From assembly GCF_009914755.1 (NCBI RefSeq), contig NC_060937.1: a stretch of DNA of 64,000 bases; one strand, written 5' to 3'. This DNA comes from the human T2T-CHM13v2.0 reference genome, Homo sapiens. A model generated the notes under the pieces. It ran no database searches, had not been told where the DNA came from, and was given only the letters and a program-made list of their open reading frames with translations. The first letter of the stretch is position 1, and the number at the start of each line of letters is the position of its first letter. Positions 62,901 through 64,000 of the stretch are shown piece after piece. The translations under genes were made by a program, and so were the position numbers.

Positions 62901-64000
62901 TATATTAGGTACATAAAATATGAAAGTACATCAAATATAGATTATATACTGTACATATAATATCAAAGTACCCCAAATATATATTATATACTGTATATGA
63001 AATATCAAAGTTCACAAACTATATATTATATACTGTATATAAAATATCAAAGTACCCAAGGTATATATTCTATACTGTACAAAAAATATCAAAGTACCCA
63101 AAGCATGTATTATATACTGTACATAAAATATGAAAGTACATCAAATATATATTTTATTCTGTACATAAAATATCAAAGTACACCAGATATATATTCTATA
63201 GTGTACATAAAATATCAAAGTACCCAAACTATACATTATATACTGTACATAAAATATGAAATTACATCAAATATATATTATATTAAGTACATAAAATATG
63301 AAAGTACATCAAATATAGATTATATACTGTACATTAAATACCAAAGTACCCCAAATATACATTTTATACTGTACATGAAATATCAAAGTTCACAAACTAT
63401 ATATTTTATACTGTACATAAATTATCAAAGTACCCAAGGTATATATTCTATACTGTACAAAAAATAACAAAGTACCAAAAGCATGTATTATATACTGTAC
63501 CTAAAATATGAAAGTACATCAAATATATATTTTATTCTGCACATAAAATATCAAAGTACACCAGATATATATTCTATAGTGTACATAAAATATCAAAGTA
63601 CCCAAACTATACATTATATACTGTACATAAAATATGAAATTACATCAAATATATATTATATTAGGTACATAAAATATGAAAGTACATCAAATATAGATTA
63701 TATACTCTACATAAAATATCAAAGTACCCCAAATATATATTATATACTCTACAGGAAATATCAAAGTTCACACACTATATATTATATACTGTACATAAAA
63801 TATCAAAGTACCCAAGGTATATATTCTATACTGTACAAAAAATATCAAAGTACCCAAAGCATGTATTATATACTGTATATAAAATATGAAAGTACATCAA
63901 ATATATATTTTATTCTGTACATAAAATATCAAAGTACACCAGACATATATTCTATAGTGTACATAAAATAACAAAGTACAAAAACTATAAATTATATACT

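Larger units (their letters stand above)
1..64000 (+). repeat. Human Satellite 1A (HSat1A / SAR / classical Satellite I) tandem array: 42-bp monomer in 378/373-bp 9-mer repeats, (peri)centromeric or acrocentric heterochromatin
   Basis: Continuous head-to-tail ACATAAAATAT(C/G)AAAGT (17 bp) + ACNCAAANATATATTATATACTGT-like (25 bp) units, usually with two GTAC (RsaI) sites per monomer, matching the classical Satellite I A/B subunits. The 9-monomer period can be measured directly (136->509 = 373 bp; 31469->31847 = 378 bp). Family assignment is from recognition of the consensus; the chromosome cannot be determined here. Confidence 0.95.

Noticed and set aside
145-63971. Many + strand ORFs encoding YIKYQST/YESTSNI repeats (60-653 aa)
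   Set aside because: They are translations of the 42-bp satellite. Starts and stops are set by satellite point mutations and the 5-bp deletion, with no unique domain or gene context.
1-64000. CRISPR-like alternation of a conserved part (TACTGTACATAAAATAT) and variable parts
   Set aside because: The variable parts are homologous to each other and cycle every nine monomers. There are no unique spacers, leader or cas genes.
1-64000. TATA-box-like, -10-like and polyadenylation-like motifs (TATATA, TATAAA, occasional AATAAA)
   Set aside because: Expected by chance in a very AT-rich repeat, with no associated gene.
1-64000. Short palindromes TGTACA/GTAC and TATATA as hairpins, terminators or restriction-system sites
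   Set aside because: Only 4-8 bp long and intrinsic to the monomer. No long inverted repeat was seen.
1-64000. Alpha satellite/CENP-B boxes, HSat2/3, or an AT-rich protist repeat-antigen gene
   Set aside because: No 171-bp period, CENP-B box or CATTC repeats. The 17+25-bp RsaI-bounded monomer with a 378-bp 9-mer fits HSat1A, and pervasive frameshifts exclude a gene.
1-64000. Assignment to a specific chromosome or assembly
   Set aside because: There is no unique flanking sequence; this would need alignment to T2T assemblies.

Overview
The whole 64-kb window is one uninterrupted, single-orientation, very AT-rich tandem satellite array. It has no genes, RNA genes, transposons or unique sequence. 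The basic monomer is 42 bp, consensus about ACATAAAATAT(C/G)AAAGT+ACCCAAA(C/T)ATATATTATATACTGT, i.e. 17+25-bp subunits bounded by GTAC. This matches human/primate Satellite I (HSat1A, SAR). Monomers form a 9-mer of 378 bp, or 373 bp when monomer 1 has a 5-bp deletion. All listed ORFs are artefacts of a 42-bp (14-codon) period with one stop-free frame. The informative structure is nested: (i) a near-perfect 4,125-bp tandem duplication (12,355-20,808); (ii) a near-perfect 11,336-bp tandem duplication (38,328-61,021) with its junction confined to 22 bp; (iii) older shuffled duplications (1-9.4 kb, and 28.5-38.4 kb vs 41.5-48.6 kb); (iv) interleaved domains of a distinct sequence subfamily, including a strongly diverged 8-mer; (v) non-canonical units, several of which use a hidden internal homology between monomers 2-3-4 and 7-8-9. 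I see no evidence for a novel protein-coding system. All comparisons were made by eye and from ORF-track offsets, so difference counts are minima.
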